DNA of 64,000 nt from an uncultured Bdellovibrionales bacterium (GTDB lineage: Bacteria; Patescibacteriota; Minisyncoccia; Moranbacterales; GWC2-37-73): assembly GCA_964609855.1 (NCBI GenBank), contig CAZSTB010000005.1:1467-65466 (forward strand), written 5' to 3'. The position numbers were made by a program, and so were the translations under genes. Below the pieces are notes generated by a model, which was given only the letters and a program-made list of their open reading frames with translations, searched no databases and was not told the DNA's origin. Below, piece by piece: positions 45,096 to 55,306 of this stretch; the stretch's first letter is position 1, and the number at the start of each line of letters is the position of its first letter.

Positions 45096-46265
45096 ATGAA
45101 CAAAAAATCGCCAAAAAAACGAGTGATTGTGGGGATGAGCGCGGGAGTTGATTCTTCCGTGGCGGCCGCACTTCTGAAAGAGCAGGGCTATGACGTCGTG
45201 GGAGTTTTTTTGCATTTCTGGAAAGAACCTGGCCAGGATGCTCTCAGGGAAAATAAGTGTTGCTCGGTGGAATCACAGCAAGATGCTCGTAAAGTTGCTC
45301 AGCTTTTGGATATCCCACTTTATACTGTGAATGCAGCGGCGGAATTTAAAAAAGAAGTTGTGGATTATTTTTTGGAAGAAACTAAAGCTGGAAGAACTCC
45401 AAATCCATGCGTAGTTTGCAACGAAAGAATAAAATTCAATTTTCTCTTTAAGAAAATGTTGGAGATGGGTGCTGATTTTGTGGCAACCGGTCATTATGCG
45501 GAGCTTAAAAATATTGATGGAAAATTTCATCTCTATACATCAACTGATGAGGAAAAAGACCAGACTTATTTTTTGTATTCAGTTTCGCAGAAACAACTTT
45601 CCAGAATTTTGTTTCCAGTTGGAGGATATAAAAAACCCGAAATTAGAAAAATTGCTGAAAAAATCAATTTGCCGGTTTTTGATAAGGAGGATTCCCAAGG
45701 ATTATGTTTTACGCCGGAAAAAACTCCAACCAAATTCATTAAACGAAATTTGTCTTTATCGGCAGGTGACATTGTGACGACTGAAGGCCCGCCTCGCGTC
45801 GACGAACAAGGCGTCTTGCGAGTCGAGGCGGGAAAAAAGATTGGAACACATGAAGGACTGGAGCTTTATACGCTTGGACAAAGAAAGGGAATCAATATTG
45901 GAGGCAACGGTCCCTATTTCGTTGTTGAGCGGGATTTTAAAAACAATATCCTGATCGTTACAAATGACGAACAAGATGAAAAAATTTACAAAAAAAGTAT
46001 GCTGGTTGAGGTGAAAAGTTGGATTGCGGAAAAGCCGTCATTGCCCTTGGAAGTTAATGTGAAAATCAGATACAGACACCCGTTGGTTAGGTGTATAATT
46101 AAAAGCGTTTCCACATCTGATCAGAAAAATATAAGGATAGCTAGAGATGCCGAACTGTATGAGGTGGAATTTTTAGAAAAACAAAAGGCCGTCACACCGG
46201 GACAATCAGCAGTTTTTTATGCGGATGATAATGAAGTTTTAGGGGGAGGAACGATTCTTGGATAA
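45096..46265 (+). CDS. mnmA: tRNA-specific 2-thiouridylase.
   Basis: PP-loop VIVGMSAGVDSSV. Conserved catalytic Cys region. Confidence 0.9.
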   Translation: MNKKSPKKRVIVGMSAGVDSSVAAALLKEQGYDVVGVFLHFWKEPGQDALRENKCCSVESQQDARKVAQLLDIPLYTVNAAAEFKKEVVDYFLEETKAGRTPNPCVVCNERIKFNFLFKKMLEMGADFVATGHYAELKNIDGKFHLYTSTDEEKDQTYFLYSVSQKQLSRILFPVGGYKKPEIRKIAEKINLPVFDKEDSQGLCFTPEKTPTKFIKRNLSLSAGDIVTTEGPPRVDEQGVLRVEAGKKIGTHEGLELYTLGQRKGINIGGNGPYFVVERDFKNNILIVTNDEQDEKIYKKSMLVEVKSWIAEKPSLPLEVNVKIRYRHPLVRCIIKSVSTSDQKNIRIARDAELYEVEFLEKQKAVTPGQSAVFYADDNEVLGGGTILG

Positions 46266-46325
46266 AATTTCAAATTTCAAATTTAAAATTAAAAATTTAT
46301 TGAGTCGCTTTGCGACGAAACTTAT

Positions 46326-46586
46326 ATGCAATTATCACCTGAACTCTTGTCACAGAGAAAAAAGATGCAGATGGAAATCATGCTGAAGGATTCCGATATT
46401 AAAAAGCTTATGCGCTCTAAAATGCAGGTTGAAATTATCATTCGCGAATTGAAACATAAGCAGGCGCAGATTCAAGTAGATTTGATTAATAAGGAAAAAG
46501 AATTGAAAAAGATGGAGGGCGCGAATATACAATTTCAAAATGAGCTGATTAAACTCAAGCATCAAATGAATAATCTAGGAAGGTAA
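46326..46586 (+). CDS. Hypothetical coiled-coil protein (86 aa).
   Basis: ORF only. Confidence 0.3.
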   Translation: MQLSPELLSQRKKMQMEIMLKDSDIKKLMRSKMQVEIIIRELKHKQAQIQVDLINKEKELKKMEGANIQFQNELIKLKHQMNNLGR

Positions 46587-46621
46587 TTCAAGCACCGTTA
46601 TTTAAATTAAATGCAAATTAT

Positions 46622-46849
46622 ATGATTTATTTAAGAGACTTCGTTTTAAAACTCGCTAAAGAAAAGGAAATTAAATTACACGAGCATACGAAATTGGCGA
46701 TTAGAGAAATTGAAAGAAAAATGGAAAAGAATGATAGCATTGAAGTGCGAGATATTATGAGCGATTTGAAAGATGAGACGGATTTGAAAAAAGGTTTTAG
46801 CTCGAGTGAGTGGGGTGCAATTGAAAAAGAAGTTAAGAAAATGATCTAA
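46622..46849 (+). CDS. Hypothetical small protein (75 aa).
   Basis: ORF only. Confidence 0.3.
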   Translation: MIYLRDFVLKLAKEKEIKLHEHTKLAIREIERKMEKNDSIEVRDIMSDLKDETDLKKGFSSSEWGAIEKEVKKMI

Positions 46850-46854
46850 AAAAT

Positions 46855-48717
46855 ATGAAAGCAAACGAACTGAGAACAAAATATTTTAAATTTTTTGAAT
46901 CAAAGGGTCATACGATTGTTCCTTCTGCGAAGCTTACGCCAGAAAACGATCCGACCACACTTTTCACGGGCTCTGGAATGCAACCTATGATTCAGTATCT
47001 GCTGGGTGAAAAGCATCCGCTTGGGACAAGATTGGTTGATTCGCAAAAATGCTTCCGCGCTCAGGACATCGAAGAAGTCGGCGACAATCGTCACACCACT
47101 TTTTTCGAGATGCTTGGGAACTGGTCTTTTGGAGACTACTTCAAAAAAGAGCAAGTTGCTTGGATGTTTGAATTTTTGACCAATGAAATCGGACTTGATC
47201 CTCAAAAACTTTTCATCACGGTTTTTCGCGGAAATGATGAGCTTGGAATTTCCCGAGACACCGAGGCTGTGAATTTTTGGAAAGAAAAATTCGCGGAAGT
47301 TGGGATCGAGGCCAAGGATGTTGATTTTTCTGAAAGGGATGGAATGCAGGGAGGAAAGATTTTCTACTATGAAGAAAAGAAGAATTGGTGGAGCAGGGCA
47401 GGTGTGCCGGACAATATGCCAGTCGGCGAGCCAGGCGGACCGGACAGCGAGATGTTTTGGGATTTTGGCGCAGAACTTGGATTGCACGAGAAATCGGAAT
47501 TCAAAGAGTTGCCGTGCCATGTGAACTGTGACTGCGGACGCTTTTTGGAAATCGGAAACAATGTTTTCATGCAATACATCAAAACCGACAAAGGTTTTGA
47601 GCAGCTTCCGAAAGGGAACATTGATTTCGGAGGAGGGTTGGAAAGAATGGTGGCGGTCAGTGAAAACACCCCTGACATTTTCCTGACTGATCTTTTTTCG
47701 GCAATCATTAAAAAAATTGAAGAGCTGTCAGAGAAAAAATATGGCGAAACTGAAGATGTAACAAAATCATTCAGAATCATCTGCGACCATTTGAAAGCTG
47801 GCACATTTTTGATCGGCGACGGGGTTATCCCATCTAATACTGGAGCTGGTTATGTTTTGAGACGACTTATCCGTCGCGCAGTTCGCTACGGAAAACTGAT
47901 CGGAATTGAAAAAGATTTTTCAGTGAGTGTGGCTGAGATTGTGATTCAGATGTATGGCGAACAATATCCGGAGTTGAGCAAGAAACGTTCAGAGATTTTT
48001 GCAGAATTGAAAAAAGAAGAAGAGAAATTTAGGAAGACTATTGAGAATGGACTTAGACAATTCAATAAATTATCAGAAGGGAACATTTCGGGAAAGGATG
48101 CTTTCGATCTTTATCAAACGTATGGTTTCCCTTTTGAGCTTACGGTTGAATTGGCGAATGAGAAAAAAATATCCGTGGACGAAGTGGAATTCAATGAAGA
48201 GCTGAAAAAACACCAAGAACTTTCCAGAACTGCCTCAGCAGGAATGTTCAAGGGAGGACTGCAAGATGTTAGCGAGGAAACCACTAAACTTCATACAGCT
48301 GCTCATTTGATGCTGGCAGCACTTCGCACGGTTTTGGGTGATCATGTTTCTCAGAAAGGTTCAAACATCACATCTGAACGACTTAGATTCGATTTTTCTC
48401 ATGGCGAAAAGATGACCGATAATCAGAAAAAAGAGGTTGAAAAATTGGTAAACGAAGCTATTGTTGCTGATGCGACTGTCAAAAAGGAGGAAATGACGCT
48501 TGATGAAGCCAAAAAAGCCGGCGCAATGGGCGCTTTTGAGTCAAAATATGGCGAAAAAGTGACCGTGTATACCGCTGAAAAAGATGGGGTGCTGTTCAGT
48601 AAAGAAATATGTGGTGGACCGCATGTTGAGCATACTGGAGCCCTAGGACGCTTCAAGATACAGAAAGAAGAGGCCTCGTCAGCCGGAGTAAGGAGGATTA
48701 AGGCTGTTTTGGAATAA
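46855..48717 (+). CDS. alaS: Alanine--tRNA ligase, short form (620 aa) with catalytic and editing domains but no C-terminal C-Ala/DHHA1 domain.
   Basis: Class II AlaRS N-terminus (FTGSGMQPM, WSFGDYFK). Editing-domain HxxxH...CGGxH. ORF ends right after the editing domain. Confidence 0.85.
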   Translation: MKANELRTKYFKFFESKGHTIVPSAKLTPENDPTTLFTGSGMQPMIQYLLGEKHPLGTRLVDSQKCFRAQDIEEVGDNRHTTFFEMLGNWSFGDYFKKEQVAWMFEFLTNEIGLDPQKLFITVFRGNDELGISRDTEAVNFWKEKFAEVGIEAKDVDFSERDGMQGGKIFYYEEKKNWWSRAGVPDNMPVGEPGGPDSEMFWDFGAELGLHEKSEFKELPCHVNCDCGRFLEIGNNVFMQYIKTDKGFEQLPKGNIDFGGGLERMVAVSENTPDIFLTDLFSAIIKKIEELSEKKYGETEDVTKSFRIICDHLKAGTFLIGDGVIPSNTGAGYVLRRLIRRAVRYGKLIGIEKDFSVSVAEIVIQMYGEQYPELSKKRSEIFAELKKEEEKFRKTIENGLRQFNKLSEGNISGKDAFDLYQTYGFPFELTVELANEKKISVDEVEFNEELKKHQELSRTASAGMFKGGLQDVSEETTKLHTAAHLMLAALRTVLGDHVSQKGSNITSERLRFDFSHGEKMTDNQKKEVEKLVNEAIVADATVKKEEMTLDEAKKAGAMGAFESKYGEKVTVYTAEKDGVLFSKEICGGPHVEHTGALGRFKIQKEEASSAGVRRIKAVLE

Positions 48718-48807
48718 AAGGCTCAAAATAACCAATTTTCAATAATCAATTCTCAATTCACAATGAATTTTCAATTTTCAATTTTTTAATTGCAAATTCT
48801 GGTTTTA

Positions 48808-48831
48808 TTGAAAATTGTGAATTGAAAATTG
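48808..48831 (+). promoter_or_regulatory. Second copy of the conserved 24-mer ATTGAAAATTGTGAATTGAAAATT, about 25 bp upstream of the rplU promoter.
   Basis: Identical to 17284-17307. Confidence 0.5.
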
Positions 48832-48857
48832 GAAATTCTGGCAAAATGCCTTTGTAC

Positions 48858-48886
48858 TTGACTTTATTTGCCAGTTTAGGTATACT
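48858..48886 (+). promoter_or_regulatory. sigma70-like promoter TTGACT-17-TATACT for rplU.
   Basis: ttgactttatttgccagtttaggtatact. Confidence 0.55.
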
Positions 48887-48916
48887 TATTTAGTAACAAT
48901 TATCTATATTAATGAC

Positions 48917-49225
48917 ATGTTGGCAATTATTAAAACCGGTGGAAAGCAATACAAAGTTGCTGTTGGTGACAAGATTAAGATTGAAAAGCTTGAAGGAGAA
49001 GCTGGATCAGTAATTTCTTTTGAAGAAGTACTTTTCGTTGGAGATGACAAAGATGTAAAAATCGGAACTCCTTTAGTTGCTGGTGCAATCGTTGAAGGAA
49101 CTTTGGTTGAACAGGGACGTCATAAGAAAGTTTGGGGAATTAAGCATAAGCCAAAGAAAAGATATAAAGTTAAGTTTGGTCACAAACAACTTTTCACTGA
49201 GGTGGAAATTACAAAGATTGCGTAA
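48917..49225 (+). CDS. rplU: 50S ribosomal protein L21.
   Basis: MLAIIKTGGKQYKV N-terminus. No rpmA follows; a terminator lies at 49249-49278. Confidence 0.9.
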   Translation: MLAIIKTGGKQYKVAVGDKIKIEKLEGEAGSVISFEEVLFVGDDKDVKIGTPLVAGAIVEGTLVEQGRHKKVWGIKHKPKKRYKVKFGHKQLFTEVEITKIA

Positions 49226-49248
49226 GACACCATACAATATATACAATT

Positions 49249-49278
49249 TGAAAACCGAGGCGAAAGCTTCGGTTTTTT
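49249..49278 (+). terminator. Rho-independent terminator after rplU.
   Basis: aaaccgaggcg-aaag-cttcggtttttt. Confidence 0.8.
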
Positions 49279-49373
49279 GTTGTCTGAAAATTAAAAATCC
49301 CCGCTCGAAACTACGAGAGGGGAATAATAGAAGAGATTCAACTGCAGCCCTTTTTGTTGAGATTTGTGTACAC

Positions 49374-49736
49374 CTAAGCTAAGGCTTTCAGATTGTTTTT
49401 AGCGATACTTGAAAGACCTTTCCTGATTTCTTCAGAGGTGGGACTTTTGAGTGTGCTCTTTTTCAAATAATATTCCGCCGCTTGACCAATTCTGCCATGC
49501 ATTTCTCTTGCAAAACGGCGCATCGCAATCAGGATTTCTTCCCTGGTTATGTTGCCTGTCGTTTCAATAGTGACATCTTTTATCTCACTTTCGAAAGTAG
49601 CATCATCATCTTTGCATTCGAATGAGGCGCGAACAAATGCCCCATCGATAACAGTTGAAAACATCCCAGCTGCAACCTGATGAATCGCTCTGTGTTTGTC
49701 TCCGATCAGAATTTTCAATGAAAGTAGTTCGGTCAT
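49374..49736 (-). CDS. Hypothetical protein (120 aa).
   Basis: ORF. Terminator-like hairpin tccccgctcg...cgagagggga downstream at 49285-49320. Confidence 0.4.
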   Translation of the reverse strand: MTELLSLKILIGDKHRAIHQVAAGMFSTVIDGAFVRASFECKDDDATFESEIKDVTIETTGNITREEILIAMRRFAREMHGRIGQAAEYYLKKSTLKSPTSEEIRKGLSSIAKNNLKALA

Positions 49737-49745
49737 TTCTGTCTC

Positions 49746-50270
49746 CTAGATCTTGGGTTGGGATGAGAACTCTGTCTGATGCTGTTGAATGTGATTGAAA
49801 TGCAATTCTGTCGGATCAGTTGCGTACCCTTTTATTTGTGCAGCTTCAAAAACAAACTTCCCTTTTTCGTTAATAATTTTTCCAGAAAAAGCGTATAGGG
49901 GGTGTCTAAATTCAGTTATTTCCACTGAGGCTGAAAAGCGTTCGCCTATTTTTATAGATTGTGTAATTTTTATGCCATCAAGACTTACGACTTGCGGCAG
50001 TTTACCATTAAGTATGCTTCGAAATTGCATGTGGGCATGTAGCGCACAAAGCTGACTTAGTATTTCAATCAATACAACCGCTGGAATTACTTTGCTCGTC
50101 CTGAAATGTCCGAGTGTCAGTAAATTGAATTTGGAGAGCTTTGTCATCGTCGATGTCTGCATGCGGTCGTGTGAGGCGTACGGAATAAGGTTACATGGCC
50201 ATCTGTGTGTAAGAATTTTTCTTACATCCGCTTTTTCAACAACGATTACGTCATTGCATAAAAATTTCAT
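49746..50270 (-). CDS. Hotdog-fold protein (FabZ/MaoC-like dehydratase or thioesterase).
   Basis: LTLGHFRTSKVIPAVVLIEILSQ resembles the FabZ GHFP/P(G)VL[IM]E motif. Confidence 0.45.
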   Translation of the reverse strand: MKFLCNDVIVVEKADVRKILTHRWPCNLIPYASHDRMQTSTMTKLSKFNLLTLGHFRTSKVIPAVVLIEILSQLCALHAHMQFRSILNGKLPQVVSLDGIKITQSIKIGERFSASVEITEFRHPLYAFSGKIINEKGKFVFEAAQIKGYATDPTELHFNHIQQHQTEFSSQPKI

Positions 50271-50323
50271 CTCTCCTCCTAATTTCCTTATTTTAATGAA
50301 CTATTCGTCATTGCATCTGTAAA

Positions 50324-50911
50324 CTATAACAATTCTTTTCGATTTGTCAAAGCTTCCGAGAGAGTGAGTTCATCGGCATATTCAAGATCGGCACCTGTTG
50401 AAAGTCCGCGGCCAAGGCGCGTGATTTTAACATTCAGCGGCAGAAGTTTTCTTTTAAGATAAAGGGATGTTGCGTCTCCCTCAGTTGTTGGATTGGTGGC
50501 TAAGATAACTTCTTTGATTTCTTCTTTTTCGATGCGACTGAGCAATTCAGGAATTTTAAGATCGGTGCCACTATCACCAACTTGAATAACGCCGCCAAGA
50601 ACATGGTACAAGCCATTATAAACTTTGGTGCGTTCTAGGGAAATGATATCCAACGGTTCCTCGACAACACAAATTGAATGTTGGTCGCGATCTTTGCTTT
50701 TGCAGTACTCGCAAAGTTCTGCCTCTGCAATATTGAAACATTTATGACAGATTCGCATGTTTTTTATTTCCAACAAGTTTTCTGCAAAATCTCGAATTTT
50801 TTCGATATCCTGCTTGAAAAGAAAAAGCACAAGGCGTTCGGCCATTTTGGGACCGACTGATGGAAGGGAAGAGAGATTTTTGATTAGTTTTTGAAAAGCC
50901 TTGGGATACAT
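50324..50911 (-). CDS. recR: Recombination protein RecR.
   Basis: Helix-hairpin-helix N-terminus, C4 zinc finger (CHKCFNI...CEYC), Toprim domain. Confidence 0.9.
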   Translation of the reverse strand: MYPKAFQKLIKNLSSLPSVGPKMAERLVLFLFKQDIEKIRDFAENLLEIKNMRICHKCFNIAEAELCEYCKSKDRDQHSICVVEEPLDIISLERTKVYNGLYHVLGGVIQVGDSGTDLKIPELLSRIEKEEIKEVILATNPTTEGDATSLYLKRKLLPLNVKITRLGRGLSTGADLEYADELTLSEALTNRKELL

Positions 50912-51010
50912 ATGGGGCAGCTTATTAGGTTTTTAGCTTCTTAGCTTTTTAGGAATAACTTAGTACTTTGCTGAAAAGCTAAGAAGCTACTGCCTGAAAA
51001 GCTGTTAAAA

Positions 51011-52414
51011 TTATTGCAGGTTTTCAGTGTGGATTCTTTCAAGTGATCTGAAAGAAGCGCTGTTTTCCTGGAAGAAGGCGTTTACTTCACCTACTGGTCC
51101 GTTACGATGTTTAGCGATAATAATTTTTACGATACCTTTATTTGGAGTATCAGGTTTTTCGCGGTCTTCTCTGTATAGGAAAAGTACGACGTCAGCATCC
51201 TGCTCAATCGAACCGGATTCGCGAAGATCGGACAGTTTAGGAATTTGAGGAGAACGAGCTTCCACTGCGCGAGAAAGCTGCGAAAGGGCAAGGATTGGAA
51301 TGTTGAGTTCGCGAGCTAGATTTTTAAGTCCGCGAGAAATTTCAGAAATTTCCTGCACGCGATTGTCTCCGCCGCGTCCTTCCATAAGCTGTAAGTAGTC
51401 GATAACAATAAGCCCGAGATTATGTTCAGCTTGAAGTCGCCGCGCCATGGTACGCATTTCCATGATGTTGGCACTGGCCGTATCATCAATAAATAATTTC
51501 GCTTCGGAAAGAATACCCATCGCTTCACCGATTCTTTGAAAGTCATTATTTTCACCTTCACTTTTTAGTCGTCCGGTTCTTAGTCGCCAAAGATCAACAT
51601 TGGCTTCCGCTGCAAGCATACGGTCGACAAGCTGATCGGCACCCATTTCTAATGAGAACATAGCCACAGCAGCATTTTCACGCACCGCCACATGTCTGGC
51701 GATATCCAGAGCAAAGGAAGTTTTACCGACAGAAGGTCGCGCCGCCAAAATTAAAAGATCGGATTTTTGAAGACCTGCAAGAATATTATCCAAATCAATA
51801 AAGCCGGTCGGGATACCACGGAATTTGTTGCCATCGCGATGAAGTTCATCAATACGATTGAAAGCGGATTCCAAAATATTTCTAATCGGAATAAAGTCCT
51901 GTTTTATATATTTTTGTGAAACGGCAAAAAGTTTTTGTTCCGCTTCATCGAGAATTTTTTCAACGTCATCTCCTTCGCGAAACCCTGCCTCAATGATATC
52001 TGTGGCGGCAAAAATAAGTCTTCGCAGCAAAGCTTTTTTCTGAACTACTTTGGCATAATGCACGATGTGCGAAGCTGAGGGAACAGTTCCAACAAGGGAA
52101 GCGAGATAGCTAGAGCCCCCAACTTTTTCCAATTGCTTTTGCTCATCTAGTTTATTGGAAATACTTAGCACGTCCAGAGGTTCTCTTTCTTCATAGAGGG
52201 AAAGCATCGCTTCATAAATCGTATTATGGGCATCTTTATAGAAATCCCCAGCTTTCAAGAGATCGGCAACCTTTATAACCGCATCTTTTTCCAGCATCAA
52301 AGAACCCAAAACTGATTGTTCAGCTTCCATGTTATGAGGCGGGGTTCGCAAATTGTCTACATTTACTGTTGTAGGTTGCGGCTTGGGTTTGAAATTGTGA
52401 AAATCTTTTGCCAT
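51011..52414 (-). CDS. dnaB: Replicative DNA helicase DnaB.
   Basis: DnaB N-terminal domain and RecA-like core with Walker A (AARPSVGKTSFAL). Confidence 0.9.
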   Translation of the reverse strand: MAKDFHNFKPKPQPTTVNVDNLRTPPHNMEAEQSVLGSLMLEKDAVIKVADLLKAGDFYKDAHNTIYEAMLSLYEEREPLDVLSISNKLDEQKQLEKVGGSSYLASLVGTVPSASHIVHYAKVVQKKALLRRLIFAATDIIEAGFREGDDVEKILDEAEQKLFAVSQKYIKQDFIPIRNILESAFNRIDELHRDGNKFRGIPTGFIDLDNILAGLQKSDLLILAARPSVGKTSFALDIARHVAVRENAAVAMFSLEMGADQLVDRMLAAEANVDLWRLRTGRLKSEGENNDFQRIGEAMGILSEAKLFIDDTASANIMEMRTMARRLQAEHNLGLIVIDYLQLMEGRGGDNRVQEISEISRGLKNLARELNIPILALSQLSRAVEARSPQIPKLSDLRESGSIEQDADVVLFLYREDREKPDTPNKGIVKIIIAKHRNGPVGEVNAFFQENSASFRSLERIHTENLQ

Positions 52415-52814
52415 ATTAAAAAGGTTTTAGCATCCAGTTAGCAGCTGTTAGCTTTAAAAAATCATATTTATCCGAAAGCTAAAAGTCGAAAGCTTAAAGC
52501 TAATATATTATAGCAACTGTGCAGGGGTTAGCAACCATGGAAAGCTGGCATTTGTGCACGATTTGCGCACATATTGACAAAATAATAAAAAAATAGCAAT
52601 ACGATGTTCCTTAAGGTAATATTTCAAATTTTTCAGCACGAAACATTTTTTCAAAAAAGGGGATATCTTGAAGCAGAAGTTACTGAGAAACTAGCAATTC
52701 AGTAACATTAAGAAAAAGGATCATATGCAATCTTACTGGACTAGATTTAGAATATTTATAAATTGCATGAAAATGGATTGAATTTGCAACACCAGATCAA
52801 ATAATTTATTCCAC

Positions 52815-52888
52815 TTTGTCATCCTCAGCTTGACTGGGGATCCAGAGCCCTGCCTAGCCCTGGATTCTCGTTTACACGGGAATGACAT
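52815..52888. mobile_element. MITE-like element TTGTCATCC...CGGGAATGACA (about 74 bp) in the long non-coding region upstream of dnaB.
   Basis: Terminal inverted repeats match those at 34561-34621 and 60051-60121. Confidence 0.5.
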
Positions 52889-53042
52889 AGGAGGTTATTT
52901 GATTTTGCAAGGTTTGGATATGGCTAACGAAAGAAGCTTGGAACGTTTTGATAATTACTTTTCTTAAATTTTATTTGAGCATACGATTATCTGAAAAACT
53001 TAACCAAAATGAATCCCTACAGCCATATTGCGTATGATTCTA

Positions 53043-53079
53043 AAAGGCAGGAGTCGTAACTGATGACTCCTGCCTTCTA
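53043..53079. terminator. Hairpin terminator-like structure.
   Basis: aggcaggagtc-gtaactgat-gactcctgcct. Confidence 0.5.
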
Positions 53080-53178
53080 ATTTATCGTGTTGACTCATTG
53101 ATTTAAAGAAGATAAACTAAAAATCATTGATAGTTGTTTACCAATCTATCGGCATTTGCCGAAAAAGGAGCGTGTGAA

Positions 53179-53772
53179 GTGGGGATTACTTATGGAAAAT
53201 GTATTTTTTTTATCTGGTACAGGGGCTTTATTGCCTCATGTCTTCGATTCATGGTGTTGACTATGATTTTGGGTTTCATTGCAATTTGTTTTTTTCTTTG
53301 GTATTGTCCTTCCCCTGAAAGCTTGGGGTATTCCGATATCAAGCAAGAGGATTCCTTTTTATATGTTCCTCGTTTCATATCGGATGGGGCTCAATTGCAA
53401 CAAGGGTATTATCTTGCAAAAGTTGATTGCACCAAAGAGGCATTCCACGTCTATTCGCTAGACTGCTACATATTGAATCTAAATACTTCACTTGTAACAG
53501 ATGGTCTTCAGATGGAATACAAGGCGAAAAGAACGCCAGAAAGTACGGATTATTATATTTATGAATATCTGATAAAAAATGAGATAATTAGCGATGCCAT
53601 TCTCAAGCGACCGATGTCTGTGGCATTCCAAGATGGAAAAGCATTTGTCAGTTATGAATATCGAAGACAGAATTCCAGGATTGGCTTTGCAGTTTTATAT
53701 TGCGCCATGATTATTCTTTCTTTGCTTATCCCGTATCTTTTGATTGCAGATTGGATAAAAGGAAGAAGATGA
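53179..53772 (+). CDS. Hypothetical membrane protein. Start taken as the GTG with AGGAGC SD; the ORF is open from 53134.
   Basis: SD AAGGAGC 7 nt before GTG. TM helices at both ends. Confidence 0.4.
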   Translation: MGITYGKCIFFIWYRGFIASCLRFMVLTMILGFIAICFFLWYCPSPESLGYSDIKQEDSFLYVPRFISDGAQLQQGYYLAKVDCTKEAFHVYSLDCYILNLNTSLVTDGLQMEYKAKRTPESTDYYIYEYLIKNEIISDAILKRPMSVAFQDGKAFVSYEYRRQNSRIGFAVLYCAMIILSLLIPYLLIADWIKGRR

Positions 53773-53795
53773 TGGTTTTATAGATGATTTCAGAA

Positions 53796-53830
53796 AAGGC
53801 GAGGGCTGTAACAGCTCCCGCCTTTCTTTT
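53796..53830. terminator. Bidirectional terminator between convergent genes.
   Basis: ggcgagggctg-taa-cagctcccgcc followed by TTTCTTTTTT. Confidence 0.65.
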
Positions 53831-53870
53831 TTATCATGAATCCTGAATTTCAGAATAAATTCTTGAGATA

Positions 53871-55301
53871 TTAGGAAGCTGGCTTTATCTTTGGTCCTTC
53901 GCTTGTATCTTCGACCACGAAGCCATGTTTTTCAATAAGTGCTCTGAGTTCGTCTGATTTTTTGAAATCTTTTTGATCTCTGGCAGCTTCGCGTTTTTGC
54001 ATGAGTTCTTTCACTTCTGTAGGAATTTCTGCTTGACCCTGTAGGATGAGTCCAAAGACGCTATTCATTCTGTTCCAGAGCGACAAAATTTTCTTGGCAT
54101 CCTCGGAGCTGATGTCCTCATTGGTTTGGCGAATATTGAATTCGGTTATAAGTTCATAGAGTTGACTTAATGCAAGCGGAGTGTTGAGGTCATCATCTAA
54201 GGCGCTCTCAAATTTTTCCTTGTGAGATGTGATTTCAAATTCTTTGGCGCTTGGTTTTTCTGATTTGGCTAAAATTTCTAAATTCAAAATGAAATCATTA
54301 ATTTTTTGCAAGTTCTTATGAGCTTGCATTATGGCATCCCAAGAAAAATCCATTTGAGAACGGTAATGCGATGAAAGGAATAGGACCCTCAGATCCATCG
54401 GTGAAAAACCTTTCTCAATGATGTCTTCAAGTTTGTATAAATTACCCTTGGATTTGCTCATTTTTTCTCCATTCATCAAGAGATGGCGACCATGAATCCA
54501 GAATCGGACATATTTTTTTCCGGTGAAGCATTCAGTTTGTGCAATTTCTGCTTCATGATGCGGGAAGATGTTATCTTCGCCACCAGTGTGAATATCAATG
54601 GTTGAACCGAGGTATTCCGTGCTCATGGCGCTGCATTCAATATGCCAGCCTGGATAACCGATTGACCATGGAGAATGCCATTTTAAAAGATGGGCTTCAG
54701 GCGCTTTGAGCCAAAGTGCGAAATCCCAGGGATTTCTTTTGTCTGGATGTTCTTCGAGGCGAGCTCCTACTTTTAAATTTTCCAGCGTATTGCCAGAAAG
54801 TTTTCCGTATTCTTCAAATTTGGTCACATCAAAAAATACATTGCCATTCACTTCGTAAGCGTAGCCTTTTTCAATCAGTCCTTCGATTATTTTAATCATT
54901 TGCGGAACGTGCTTGGTGGCGCGTGGGAAATATTGAGCAGGCAAAATATTCAATTGTTTTTCAACATCCTTAAAATATTCCTCATAAAATCTGGCTATTT
55001 CTTCAGGGGTCTTTTTTTCAGCTAAAGCAGCCTTAAGCATCTTATCTTCGCCAGCATCACCTTGGGCAATATCATCAGCGGTAAGATGTCCGACATCGGT
55101 AATGTTTTTGATTTGTCGAACTTCATAGCCAATGTATTCCAAATAGCGTCTTACGATATCAGAAAGTAGGTAGGCACGAATATTACCAATGTGCACAAAG
55201 CCGTAAACTGTGGGACCGCAAGTATACATCCCAACCTTACCGGGATTAAGCGACTCAAATTCTTCCTTTTGTTTGGAGTAGGTATTGTAAATCTTTAACA
55301 T
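53871..55301 (-). CDS. cysS: Cysteine--tRNA ligase.
   Basis: Class I motifs: HIGN (HIGH variant), KMSKS, and zinc-binding Cys residues. Confidence 0.9.
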   Translation of the reverse strand: MLKIYNTYSKQKEEFESLNPGKVGMYTCGPTVYGFVHIGNIRAYLLSDIVRRYLEYIGYEVRQIKNITDVGHLTADDIAQGDAGEDKMLKAALAEKKTPEEIARFYEEYFKDVEKQLNILPAQYFPRATKHVPQMIKIIEGLIEKGYAYEVNGNVFFDVTKFEEYGKLSGNTLENLKVGARLEEHPDKRNPWDFALWLKAPEAHLLKWHSPWSIGYPGWHIECSAMSTEYLGSTIDIHTGGEDNIFPHHEAEIAQTECFTGKKYVRFWIHGRHLLMNGEKMSKSKGNLYKLEDIIEKGFSPMDLRVLFLSSHYRSQMDFSWDAIMQAHKNLQKINDFILNLEILAKSEKPSAKEFEITSHKEKFESALDDDLNTPLALSQLYELITEFNIRQTNEDISSEDAKKILSLWNRMNSVFGLILQGQAEIPTEVKELMQKREAARDQKDFKKSDELRALIEKHGFVVEDTSEGPKIKPAS

Positions 55302-55306
55302 AGGCG

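Noticed and set aside
52415-53133. Chromosomal origin of replication next to dnaB
   Set aside because: No dnaA gene adjacent and no recognisable DnaA boxes by eye. Cannot compute GC skew here.
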